From Chloroflexia bacterium (GTDB taxonomy: Bacteria; Chloroflexota; Chloroflexia; QHBQ01): DNA of 60,915 nt. The first letter of the stretch is position 1. Each line of letters opens with the position of its first letter. The position numbers and the translations under genes are program-made. Below the pieces are notes generated by a model. That model saw nothing but the letters and a program-made list of their open reading frames with translations. It ran no database searches and was not told where the DNA came from. Shown piece after piece: positions 28,929-37,174 of this stretch. The stretch spans positions 1-60,915 of the forward strand of contig JBBRMT010000002.1 of the NCBI GenBank assembly GCA_038230695.1, read 5' to 3'.

Positions 28929-30536
28929 TTGACGACACGGGTAGCGATTGAAACAGCGGTAGAGCAGGGAGAGACAACGGAGCAGGTGGCGGAGCAACGC
29001 AGCCCGGTGGTACATGGGCTGGGCGAATTGTCGCTGGCGCTGGTACGCGATTGGGCTCCGCTGCTCAAGCCCGCTGGGGTTGGCCTGCTCACCACCATCC
29101 ATGCGTGGGAGGAGCAGAACCCGCGTAGCCCCTTCTATGGCTGGATGCACCTGGCGCAAGAAACGCTGGCCGCCTATCTGGATATGGGGCGCACCAGCAT
29201 CATCCGCTATCGTAACCTGCTGGATACCTGCGGGCTGATCGAGCAACGCGAGGTTAGCTACCACCGCCCAGGGATGAAGCTGCATCAGACGGTGCTGCGG
29301 GTCAGTCGCGCCGAGGTGCAACCGTCGCTGCGGTTGCTTGAATACCTCATCTTCGAGGCCGAGGACTGGACCCGCAAGCACACCGCCTGGCTGATGACCA
29401 ACTTCCAGCCACCCAGGGACGACAGCGAACTGGGGCGGCTGATTGCCACGATGCGGAGGGCATACAAAGTGAGCGTTGGTGGCAGCGGTCTCGCGGTGAT
29501 CACCGATGGTGAGCGGCTGACGGCAGCGGGCAGCTTTGCCGCTCGCTTGTTGCAGCGCGAACTGGGCAACCAGCCAACCTTGCTGCTCGACGAAGTTGAA
29601 AGTGGGCGGGGAGTTGCAAGTTACAAGTTGCAAGTTACAACTGGTATGGCTGGCGAGAGCGTTGTTTCACCAGTGAACAATGGTAGACGAGAGATGGCGG
29701 TTGAACCATCGGCTACTTTCCCCATTGATGAAAGCAGTGTTTCACGAGTGAACAATGGTTCTGCCAGCGGTGTTTCAGCAGGAGTCGTTGGTAGGCAGGG
29801 CATTGTTTCACCAGGAGTCGCAAATAACGCTAACGTTTCTTTGGCTATTAACGTAAAGGATTCTAATAACGTTAACGTTGGCGGAGAGAGCGACTTTGCA
29901 ATTGCCACGCAGGGAGCCAGGCGGATTGCCGACGAGGGCAGCGTGCAGTGGCATATCGCCTGTCTGCAGCGGATGGGACGTACCCTATACGAGCAAGCGA
30001 TTGCCGCCACCGAGCGGGTGGTAGTCAGCGGCAAGCTGCGCGGTAAGAGCGGTGGCTACTTCACGCGCACTGCGATGGCCCTGGCGCAGCAGCAGGGCAT
30101 TGCGCTGAAGCAGGGCGGTGAAGCTGGCAGTTACAAGCTGAAAGTTGATAGTGGCAACAGCGTTGGTTCACCATTGAACAATGGTGTAAGCGCATCGCCA
30201 GCGACCTATCAGCCGAGCGATGTTTCACCATTGAACAATGGTGAGCAGGCAAACAGCGGCACGCCAACCCGAAGCTACACTCTGCCTGGGATGGCGGCGC
30301 GGCAGGCTTGGCAAGCCGCGTTGGCCGAGCTTGAGGCCCGCTTGAGCGGCCCAGCCTGGTTCGGTTGGCTGCGCCATGCCCACCTGCTGGAGCTTGAGGG
30401 TGACAAGGCGGTGGTCGGTACGCCCAGCGGTGGTCTAGCCGAGGTTATGACCCGCCGCCACGCCGCCGAGGTAGTCGAGGTGATGAGCGCGGTGCTGGGG
30501 CGGGCAGTAAGCGTGGAGTTTGTGACCCGCTGGTGA
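28929..30536 (+). CDS. Putative replication-initiator-like protein (N-terminal wHTH-like region, C-terminal DnaA-N-terminal-like domain) with repeat-encoded linkers
   Basis: The C-terminus WQAALAELEARLSGPAWFGWLRHAHLLELEGDKAVVGTPSGGLAEVMTRRHAAEVVEVMSAVLGRAVSVEF follows the DnaA_N pattern. A ..GGYFTRTAMALAQQQGI motif is common in phage/plasmid replication proteins. The two linkers are translated from DNA repeats (VSPVNNG, VSRVNNG, GSPLNNG, VSPLNNG). Confidence 0.55.
   Translation: MTTRVAIETAVEQGETTEQVAEQRSPVVHGLGELSLALVRDWAPLLKPAGVGLLTTIHAWEEQNPRSPFYGWMHLAQETLAAYLDMGRTSIIRYRNLLDTCGLIEQREVSYHRPGMKLHQTVLRVSRAEVQPSLRLLEYLIFEAEDWTRKHTAWLMTNFQPPRDDSELGRLIATMRRAYKVSVGGSGLAVITDGERLTAAGSFAARLLQRELGNQPTLLLDEVESGRGVASYKLQVTTGMAGESVVSPVNNGRREMAVEPSATFPIDESSVSRVNNGSASGVSAGVVGRQGIVSPGVANNANVSLAINVKDSNNVNVGGESDFAIATQGARRIADEGSVQWHIACLQRMGRTLYEQAIAATERVVVSGKLRGKSGGYFTRTAMALAQQQGIALKQGGEAGSYKLKVDSGNSVGSPLNNGVSASPATYQPSDVSPLNNGEQANSGTPTRSYTLPGMAARQAWQAALAELEARLSGPAWFGWLRHAHLLELEGDKAVVGTPSGGLAEVMTRRHAAEVVEVMSAVLGRAVSVEFVTRW
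29612..29640. repeat. Period-7 tandem repeat inside the Rep-like ORF
   Basis: agttgcaagttacaagttgcaagttacaa (translated VASYKLQVTT). A second block, cagttacaagctgaaagttgatagtgg, lies at 30128-30154. Confidence 0.85.
29661..29825 (+). repeat. parS-like/iteron-like repeats 1-4 (inside the Rep-like ORF)
   Basis: tgtttcaccagtgaacaatggt (29663), tgtttcacgagtgaacaatggt (29738), and degenerate tgtttcagcaggagtcgttggt (29771) and tgtttcaccaggagtcgcaaat (29804). Confidence 0.8.
30162..30242 (+). repeat. parS-like/iteron-like repeats 5-6 (inside the Rep-like ORF)
   Basis: tggttcaccattgaacaatggt (30164) and tgtttcaccattgaacaatggt (30221). Confidence 0.8.
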
Positions 30537-30553
30537 GGCAGTTCTGAGTTTTT

Positions 30554-30577
30554 GTAGGGGCGGATTGCGTCCGCCCT
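30554..30577. repeat. GC-rich hairpin repeat, family A (GTAGGGGCGGATTGCGTCCGCCC)
   Basis: Near-identical copies lie at 30637-30658 and, inverted, at 2141-2164. Confidence 0.85.
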
Positions 30578-30596
30578 GAGTTTTGAGTTGGAAAGC

Positions 30597-30834
30597 GGTG
30601 TTTCAACAATGATCACTGGTTGGATAACCGATTATTGTAGGGGCGGATTGCGTCCGCCTGCGTGGTGATAAAAAGGCAGTGTTTCAGCAGTGAACAATGG
30701 TTGTGTGACCACGCACTGTATAATCGCATGGCATACGCCCTGCTGCCGTTGTTATCACAGCAGTGTTTCACTGGTGAACAATGGTGAGAGGTAGGTTTGA
30801 GACAGAAAAGCGATGTTTCACTGATAAACAGTGG
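30597..30834 (+). repeat. parS-like/iteron-like repeats 7-10 (intergenic, downstream of the Rep-like gene)
   Basis: tgtttcaacaatgatcactggt (30599), tgtttcagcagtgaacaatggt (30679), tgtttcactggtgaacaatggt (30763), tgtttcactgataaacagtgga (30813). A possible inverted partial copy, atggtgaaac, lies at 30861. Confidence 0.8.
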
Positions 30835-30886
30835 AAATTGGTTGCGCTACATATAGCATTATGGTGAAACTTGTGATACAATAGCT

Positions 30887-31168
30887 CTAATCAAATCGCA
30901 GCCATTTGGCCGTCAACCAGGCCAGCAGCATGATCACCAGCAACGCGACAAGGGCGGCATAATCAATGCCGACGAAGCCTAGCGGCGGCAGCGGTTTGAA
31001 CATGAAGCGAAACGGTAGGGTAAGCGGATTGCTGGCGGCAAGCAGCAAGCCGACAATTGGTGAGGATGGGTACACGCCAACGCCCAGGAAGATGAGGCGG
31101 GCGACCAGTAGCATGATGAGGATGGCGAAGATTGCCTGTACAACACGGGCAGCAAACGGCTTGTTCAT
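30887..31168 (-). CDS. YggT-family small membrane protein
   Basis: MNKPFAARVVQAIFAILIMLLVARLI...P.GGIDYAALVALLVIMLL. The start is at ATG 31168. Confidence 0.65.
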   Translation of the reverse strand: MNKPFAARVVQAIFAILIMLLVARLIFLGVGVYPSSPIVGLLLAASNPLTLPFRFMFKPLPPLGFVGIDYAALVALLVIMLLAWLTAKWLRFD

Positions 31169-31174
31169 GCTGGG

Positions 31175-31180
31175 ATTATA
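31175..31180 (-). promoter_or_regulatory. TATAAT box 6 nt upstream of the yggT-family ATG (leaderless-type)
   Basis: The minus strand reads gtTATAATcccagcATG. Confidence 0.4.
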
Positions 31181-31332
31181 ACATAGACTGTCGGGTAAGG
31201 AGGCTTTATCGAACAGCAATCACCGCATTGCGGGAAACACCACAGCGGAATATAAACCTTTATCTGGCGTAAAACAGCGCGTCCTTCGACGAAAGTCGGG
31301 GCCAGGGGACGCAGCTTAGGAGCGCAGCAGGA

Positions 31333-31527
31333 ATGACCCTGGAGGTGAGAGTCTGGGTGTCAAGTATCCGCGACGGCTGGCAGGTAGACCGAGCGCGGCG
31401 GCCTCGCCAAACTATGGCGGGCGAACAGTTGCTGGAACAGCATGAGGAGCAATGGTTGCTATTCTACATCCTTGCCCAGCAGATGAACCAGCGTCGAGCG
31501 AACGACAAGATTAAAGCCCAAAGATAA
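31333..31527 (+). CDS. Possible small protein (start uncertain: 31333, 31357 or 31414)
   Basis: GGAGG at 31341-31345 and an ORF ending at TAA 31525-31527, followed by a clean hairpin + T-tract terminator. No family recognised. Confidence 0.3.
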   Translation: MTLEVRVWVSSIRDGWQVDRARRPRQTMAGEQLLEQHEEQWLLFYILAQQMNQRRANDKIKAQR

Positions 31528-31541
31528 ATGGTGATAGCACG

Positions 31542-31586
31542 AACCGACCCCATGCACCTATGATGCGTAGGGTCGGTTTGATTTTA
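31542..31586 (+). terminator. Rho-independent terminator
   Basis: aaccgaccc (31542-31550) pairs with gggtcggtt (31570-31578), then tgatttta. Confidence 0.65.
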
Positions 31587-31763
31587 TACCAAATATGTTT
31601 GGTGGCACAGTTATTAGGCCCAGAGCGAACAACGGTTCGCCCCTACAGCTATGCTGCTTAACCTAACCCAAATGATATTAGGGTTGTTTCCCACTCGTAG
31701 TGGCGGGCAGCGGTCCGCCCTGGTGCAGCGCCAACAATGCGGATATAGACGCTGGCTTTTGTA

Positions 31764-32444
31764 TTAAAGCGCGGTAGCCACCTTCAGCTCCTCAAGTTGG
31801 CTACGGGTGCGGATGCCAAGCGCGGGTATGGCGAGCAACTCCAGGGCGGGTGAAGGATTTTTATGCCGCTTGCGTATGGCTTGTGTAGCGGCGGTGATTG
31901 TCCAGCGCGGGTAAGGATGCTCAAGCAGAGTAACTTGCTGGCCCGCCTCGACGTAGCCCTCTTGCAGCACGCGCAGATACCAGCCGGTGCGACCGCTTTT
32001 CTCAACCAGCTTGGTCAGCGTGGGTATCCCCCAGCGGTGGCCGATGTTGCTGCACGGTCCGCGTGGTTGGGTGATCTGGATGCGGGCATCGCCAATGGCG
32101 TAGATGTCGCCAATGCACACGGTTTGTTCATTCTGGCCGCTAATGGTATAGTTCTCGCCAAACGCGCCATAGGGCAGGTTGATAGCTAGCTCGGCGTTCC
32201 AGGTGGTGTAGTGGTCAGCAGAGTAGGCCAGCAGCGCCTGATCGGGACCGCCGTGATAATGCTTGTCGGCTTGCCCATCGCCCACCAGGTTATCGAAAGC
32301 CAGCCAGATCGGGCCAGCGACCGCAGTCTTGATATAGCCGGTACGCCAGATGTGCGCTCCCTTGTCGTCCTCTTCCTCGATTTGCTGCGGCATCCCCACC
32401 TGGATTGAACGCAAAATGGAATTAAGCGTCTGCGGTGCGTCCAT
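31764..32444 (-). CDS. MOSC domain protein (YiiM-like)
   Basis: GENYTISGQNEQTVCIGDIYAIGDARIQITQPRGPCSNIG is the MOSC beta-barrel with the conserved Cys. Confidence 0.85.
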   Translation of the reverse strand: MDAPQTLNSILRSIQVGMPQQIEEEDDKGAHIWRTGYIKTAVAGPIWLAFDNLVGDGQADKHYHGGPDQALLAYSADHYTTWNAELAINLPYGAFGENYTISGQNEQTVCIGDIYAIGDARIQITQPRGPCSNIGHRWGIPTLTKLVEKSGRTGWYLRVLQEGYVEAGQQVTLLEHPYPRWTITAATQAIRKRHKNPSPALELLAIPALGIRTRSQLEELKVATAL

Positions 32445-32696
32445 TTAGTATTTCCTCGGCACCATAAAGGCGCGGATAATGCTGCCAATGACCATGCCGA
32501 CGATGAAAGCCACCAGCATAAATAGCAAGCTGGGCGCGTTGCCAATTAGCAGCAGGGCGATGATGCCCAGCACGGCCAACGCCCCCAGCATCATCTGGCT
32601 GTTGACGAACCTGCCCCGCATCGCCGCCATGCCCAGTAGCATATAACCGGCGTATACGCCGAGTGCTGCGGCGATGATGTTCAGAACCCAGTCCAT
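32445..32696 (-). CDS. Small membrane protein
   Basis: Three hydrophobic helices. The start is set at MDWVLNII (ATG 32696) to avoid overlapping bcp. The stop abuts the MOSC gene start. Confidence 0.5.
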   Translation of the reverse strand: MDWVLNIIAAALGVYAGYMLLGMAAMRGRFVNSQMMLGALAVLGIIALLLIGNAPSLLFMLVAFIVGMVIGSIIRAFMVPRKY

Positions 32697-32700
32697 ATGC

Positions 32701-33183
32701 TTATGTCCTTTCGGGTTGGGCTTGCAACTCCTTGATGATACGCAGCGCCTCGCCAACGTGCAGGTCGAACTTCATCTGCGAGTTGAAGATGTGACGAACC
32801 ATGCCGCCGCGGTCAATCACGTAGGTGACCCGCCCGCTGATGAAACCGAGCGTGGTTGGCACGCCATAGAGCTTGCGTACCTTGCCGCCAGTGTCACTTA
32901 GCAGGGTGTAGGGCAGGCGGTTCTTGGCGGCAAAACCCTCATGCGACTGCACCGAGTCGCTGCTGATGCCGATCACTTCCGCGCCCGCTTCCTTGAACAC
33001 TTCGTAATTGTCGCGGAAGCTGCAGGCTTCGGCAGTGCAGCCCGCTGAATTATCCTTCGGGTAGAAGAATAGCACCACCGCCTTGTCGCCAAGCAAATCC
33101 TTGAGCCTGATATTGCCGCTTTGCGACGGCAGGGTAAAATCGGGGGCGGGGTCGCCAACTTTCAGGGTATTCGATGTTGCCAT
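32701..33183 (-). CDS. bcp: Thiol peroxidase, Bcp-type peroxiredoxin
   Basis: FFYPKDNSAGCTAEACSFRD..EVIGISSDS is the peroxiredoxin PxxxTxxC-type active site region. Confidence 0.9.
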   Translation of the reverse strand: MATSNTLKVGDPAPDFTLPSQSGNIRLKDLLGDKAVVLFFYPKDNSAGCTAEACSFRDNYEVFKEAGAEVIGISSDSVQSHEGFAAKNRLPYTLLSDTGGKVRKLYGVPTTLGFISGRVTYVIDRGGMVRHIFNSQMKFDLHVGEALRIIKELQAQPERT

Positions 33184-33276
33184 AGATAATCTCCTTGATG
33201 AATGGGCAAAATTTGTGCAAACTTAGTTGCTCTATTGTACCAAATAGTGGAGCGGGATCACCAATGTGGCAGGCGA

Positions 33277-33456
33277 CTACATCCACTTGTCATCGCGACC
33301 TGCGACGATGGGCTGGTAGATGGGGCTGCTGGCGACCGACCAGCCGGGCGCATGATAGGGGGCGCAGCGGGGATTGTGGCGCAGCAGGTGGCGCTGATGC
33401 TTGAGGTGGGATTTGCGGTTGGCGCGGCTAGCTGGCCGCTTCTGACTCTTAGGCAT
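33277..33456 (-). CDS. Possible 59-aa basic protein (below the ORF-track cutoff)
   Basis: ATG (33456) lies 10 nt after GGAGG. The translation is MPKSQKRPASRANRKSHLKHQRHLLRHNPRCAPYHAPGW... No family recognised. Confidence 0.25.
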   Translation of the reverse strand: MPKSQKRPASRANRKSHLKHQRHLLRHNPRCAPYHAPGWSVASSPIYQPIVAGRDDKWM

Positions 33457-33598
33457 ATCTATCGTTCGCCTCCGTGTAGGTTATTGACGCTAATACCCAA
33501 TTATATTTGGGGCAATTGGCAGCGTCAAGGGACACGAGGTGTATTCTGTTGACAGCAGATAGGTAGGCCCACTCCCCAGCCTCCCCCTTCAGGGATGG

Positions 33599-34201
33599 TT
33601 AGATACTAAGGGCTGAGTAGATCTCGCCGAGGAATAGGCTGGGGACGGTTGCCAGCAGGCGAGTGGTGGCGAAGCCCTGCGCCCGCGCCAGCTTCTCCCA
33701 GGTAGGGTAGGAGAGTGGGTGCGGCACCCACATATTGCCGTGGTAAGCGTTGTATTCGACCAGCACGAAGCGTCCGCCGGGGCGGAGATAGCGGCGCAGC
33801 AATTGCAGCACGGGCGCTTTGTCGCGCTGGAAGTGCAGCGAGTTCGCCATCACGAGGCCATCGAGGGGTGGTAGGTCGCACGGGTGGGTGAAGTCGGCGG
33901 CAAGGTAGTGGACGGTGGTAGCGGGGAAGCGTTCCTGCATCGCCCGTTCCTGTTCGCGCAAAGCGGCGCGATCCCTGTCCACCGAGTATATCTCACCGCC
34001 CTCACCCAGCAAGTCGGCAAGGGCAAGGGTGAACGCGCCGCTGCCGGAACCGAAGTCGGCCCAGAGTTTGCCCGCGCCCATCACGCCGTCGCGGAGTAGA
34101 TTTACGTGGTCATTATGGTTCATAGGCAAAAAGCAAGCGAGGCGCAACCATTCTGGCTGAACCCCGCGTGCTAGAGAGAAAGGAAAGGGTGAAGACTTCA
34201 T
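33599..34201 (-). CDS. Class I SAM-dependent methyltransferase
   Basis: Motif I DFGSGSGAFTLALA, post-I acidic residue ..IYSVDRD, and LRPGGRFVLVEY. The true start may be MNHNDH (34123). Confidence 0.8.
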   Translation of the reverse strand: MKSSPFPFSLARGVQPEWLRLACFLPMNHNDHVNLLRDGVMGAGKLWADFGSGSGAFTLALADLLGEGGEIYSVDRDRAALREQERAMQERFPATTVHYLAADFTHPCDLPPLDGLVMANSLHFQRDKAPVLQLLRRYLRPGGRFVLVEYNAYHGNMWVPHPLSYPTWEKLARAQGFATTRLLATVPSLFLGEIYSALSI

Positions 34202-34249
34202 CTTCCCTTATTATACGCCACCAGCATGAGGGTGGATTTATCTTCCCGT

Positions 34250-35125
34250 TCAATTTTCACTAAAAGCCGCTGCTGGTGCGTTCAGGGCATTGCGGAATGG
34301 CGCGACCACCGGCTCCAGGCTGGGGTCGAGTTCGAGCGCATGGGTCAATAGCGGGGTGGCTTCGGGATAGCGGCCCATCATGCAGAGGATGACCCCGGCA
34401 CCGGCAACTGCCTGGGCATTGGTGGGGTCGAGCGCGGCGGCACGGGTGAAGTCGGCGAGGGCGGCATCGTAGTTGCCAAGCTGCCCATGCAGGCGGGCGC
34501 GGTTGGTGTAGGTGTAGGCGTGGGCGGGGTCGAGAGCCAGTGCGTGATTGTAGTCGGCTAGCGCCTTGTCGTTGTCGCCGAGCAGGGCGTAGCAGGAAGC
34601 GCGGTTGTTGTAGGTATCGGCATCGTCCATACCGTGGTTGATGGCGAGGGTGAAGTCAGCAGCGGCCTTGTCGTAATGACCGGCCTCGGTTTGGGCCAGG
34701 GCGCGGGCGTAGTAGGGGGTGGGATCATTGGGAGCAAGCGCGAGGTAGGCATCGAAGTCGGCCAGGGCGAGGTCGTACTTGCCACTCTGCATATAGGCTA
34801 CCCCGCGATTGTTGTATGCCTTGATGAAGGTGGGGTCGAGGATGAGCGCCTGATTGTAGTCCACGATTGCCATGCTCAACTGGCCCTTATCGGCGCGGAT
34901 GATACCGCGATAGACGTAGGCATCGGGCGAGTTTGGCTGCAACTCGATTATGCGGTTAAAGTCGGCCATCGCCTTGTCCAGTTCGCCAAGCTCGTAGTAT
35001 GCATCGCCACGTTCAGCCAGCGCCTCGATGCTGCTGGGCGAACCCTCCAGCCGATCGTTGGCCTCAGCTAGCTGCTGCTCGTATAGCTCATGCTCGTCTA
35101 TGGGGTTCTCGGTTTCGTCGCTCAT
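34250..35125 (-). CDS. TPR-repeat protein
   Basis: At least 6 canonical TPRs (A..DFN.AI.L.P..A.AY.NRG). Confidence 0.85.
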   Translation of the reverse strand: MSDETENPIDEHELYEQQLAEANDRLEGSPSSIEALAERGDAYYELGELDKAMADFNRIIELQPNSPDAYVYRGIIRADKGQLSMAIVDYNQALILDPTFIKAYNNRGVAYMQSGKYDLALADFDAYLALAPNDPTPYYARALAQTEAGHYDKAAADFTLAINHGMDDADTYNNRASCYALLGDNDKALADYNHALALDPAHAYTYTNRARLHGQLGNYDAALADFTRAAALDPTNAQAVAGAGVILCMMGRYPEATPLLTHALELDPSLEPVVAPFRNALNAPAAAFSEN

Positions 35126-35341
35126 AGGGCAATTATACCAAATCGGATTGCAGATTGTAGGGCAACGCCGCGCTCCCTACTCAGCATACTGCTACGCAAG
35201 TTGGCACATTGTCATTGACAAAAAGCAGTGTTGCGCTTGACCGATCGGAGCTACGCTCCCAGCCCTCGGTAACTCGGCGAGCGACGGCTTATACCACGTC
35301 ACTACCAGCGCTTCACCATATGTGGATAAGGATAAGGCGGC

Positions 35342-35372
35342 AACCTTCTACCTTCTACCTTCTTCGTTCACC
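35342..35372. repeat. Period-7 tandem repeat (CCTTCTA-type)
   Basis: aaccttctaccttctaccttcttcgttcacc, abutting the GH5 stop codon. Confidence 0.8.
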
Positions 35373-37141
35373 TATGGGCAGTGATGCTGGGCGAAGTAGC
35401 TGTTGCCCAGCAGGCTGAGTTCCACCTTGTAGGGGTCGGGGTTATCAGGATGGTACTCGAAGCGCTCGCGCTCGAAGTATTGCACCAGATAGGGCTTGCC
35501 GTCGCTGGCCTGCTCGATGTGCGGTTCGCTGATCGGGTAGCCAAACAGGAAGATGCCGTAGTGGTTATTCCAGAACTGATAGAACGGCCCGCTGAGGGTG
35601 TGTTGCGTCTCGGCGAAGTAGTGCAGGGTTGGGTCGGCGGCGAGGGCAGCGGTGGACGGCGGCGCTGCCATGGGGAAGTTGCGTCCAGCCGCAGCCAGAC
35701 TGCCGAGCGGGGTTAGCTTGACTATGTAGAGCAATTGCTGGGCTTTGCCCAGGCTGTTCCAGTTGGCTACCTGATTCTTAGCCTCCTCATGGATCTCCAG
35801 CCGCGCCCGCTCGAAGTATTGCACGATGTGTGGCTTGCCGTCGGATAGGGTTTCGATGCGGGCAGGCGCAATAGGGTAGCCGAACACGTCTACACCGCCG
35901 AAGCGCCGCCAGTAATCGTGGAAGTAAAGCCATATATATTGATTAGTTTGAGGGAAGTACACCGGCTGGTCGAAGGGATAGCCACTACTGGCAACCGGAC
36001 GGAAATCGAGCGGAGTGGTGGTGAGCGTTAGGTTAGTGTCGGTGGCGCTTGGCAACGGTGGGGCGGCGATTTGCTGGAAAACGGCCAGCGCGGGTTTGGC
36101 CGCGCCGTCGCGCCGCATCAGGCCATAATGATCGTTGGGGTCATCTACCCCAGCATGGCGCGACTGCCCAGGGATGTAATCCCACATTGTCCAGCCGAAT
36201 ACGCCCGCCACATCGGTGCTATGCACTGCGTCGGCGGCGGCCTGGTAGACGCGAGTCTGGGCTGCCTCATCATAGTCGAGGCTGATTGCATCGCAGGTAG
36301 GGCCGGTGGGCCAGCCGGTTTCTTGCAGCAGGATCGGCTTGCTGCTCTGCTGACGCACAGCGCGGATTTGCGGAGCCATGTTGATCGCGTCGTAGCTATG
36401 CAGGCTGAGGAAATCGGCGAAGTCGGCCACGCGGCTGCCATCAGCAGCGGGTACAAACAGGTCGGCGTAGTTCGCCATGCCCACAGTGACGGGGTGGTGA
36501 GGGTCAAGCTGATGCACATAGTTCGCCATGCGGTGCAGCCAATCCACCGCGGCGGCCTGCTTGCCTGCCTTCCAGGTGGCATAATTGTCCGGCTCGTTGT
36601 GCAAATCCCAGGCGAAGATGCGGTCATCGTTGGCGAACGGGGTAATCAGGGTACGCAAGTAGGTAAAGTCGTGAGCCTCCTCGACTGAGCCAGCGGCAGC
36701 GTTGCCATCATAGAAGTCGAACAGAGTGAGGTTGAGCTTGATGTTGTGCTTGCCCGCTACCTGCACCATTTGTTGCAAATTGGCGAGGCGATTAGGGTCA
36801 ACCGTGCCGTCTGCCGCGCTCCAGTCGTAGCCGGGGCCGTAGGGGATGAGAACCCGAATGACGTTCACACCCCAACCTTGCAGCGTCGCCATGTCCTTGT
36901 CGGCACTCGGCCCCTGCCACAGGTCGAACATCCGCGACCAGGGGTTCAGTTGTGGGTAGTAGTTGACTCCCTTGAGCAGCACGGTCTGCCCATTGTAGGT
37001 GAAGTGCGTGCCGCTGATGCTAACGAAGCTGCTTGCCGCCCGCACCGGCGTGCAATCTGAATGCAGCAAGGTAAGCACGAGCAGGGCAGCAAGATATTGC
37101 ACTCGGCGCAATCTGGTAACAGACATGATGTTGGCCTCCAA
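35372..37141 (-). CDS. Secreted glycoside hydrolase family 5 with two C-terminal LGFP-like repeats
   Basis: Signal peptide. Acid/base WDLHNEPD and nucleophile LLQETGWP. The C-terminal duplicates are FGYPI...SDGKP.VQYFERARLE.H. Confidence 0.8.
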   Translation of the reverse strand: MEANIMSVTRLRRVQYLAALLVLTLLHSDCTPVRAASSFVSISGTHFTYNGQTVLLKGVNYYPQLNPWSRMFDLWQGPSADKDMATLQGWGVNVIRVLIPYGPGYDWSAADGTVDPNRLANLQQMVQVAGKHNIKLNLTLFDFYDGNAAAGSVEEAHDFTYLRTLITPFANDDRIFAWDLHNEPDNYATWKAGKQAAAVDWLHRMANYVHQLDPHHPVTVGMANYADLFVPAADGSRVADFADFLSLHSYDAINMAPQIRAVRQQSSKPILLQETGWPTGPTCDAISLDYDEAAQTRVYQAAADAVHSTDVAGVFGWTMWDYIPGQSRHAGVDDPNDHYGLMRRDGAAKPALAVFQQIAAPPLPSATDTNLTLTTTPLDFRPVASSGYPFDQPVYFPQTNQYIWLYFHDYWRRFGGVDVFGYPIAPARIETLSDGKPHIVQYFERARLEIHEEAKNQVANWNSLGKAQQLLYIVKLTPLGSLAAAGRNFPMAAPPSTAALAADPTLHYFAETQHTLSGPFYQFWNNHYGIFLFGYPISEPHIEQASDGKPYLVQYFERERFEYHPDNPDPYKVELSLLGNSYFAQHHCP

Positions 37142-37174
37142 TTAGGTTCCCAATTTTGGTAGCGGATGTAAAAA

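Noticed and set aside
28896-29633. 245-aa minus-strand ORF antisense to the Rep-like gene
   Set aside because: Low-complexity Gln/Pro/Leu-rich translation. The plus-strand frame has the more protein-like domains. I treat it as a shadow ORF.
29661-30834. Possibility that the TGTTTCAC 22-mer array is a CRISPR array
   Set aside because: The repeats are only about 22 nt and degenerate, and the spacings are irregular (33-360 nt). Six copies lie within an ORF. No cas genes or leader are present.
29663-30834. Calling the 22-mers canonical parS sites
   Set aside because: They differ from TGTTTCACGTGAAACA by a 2-bp insertion at the dyad and a shortened right arm. No exact canonical parS was seen anywhere in the window. 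They are reported only as parS-like.
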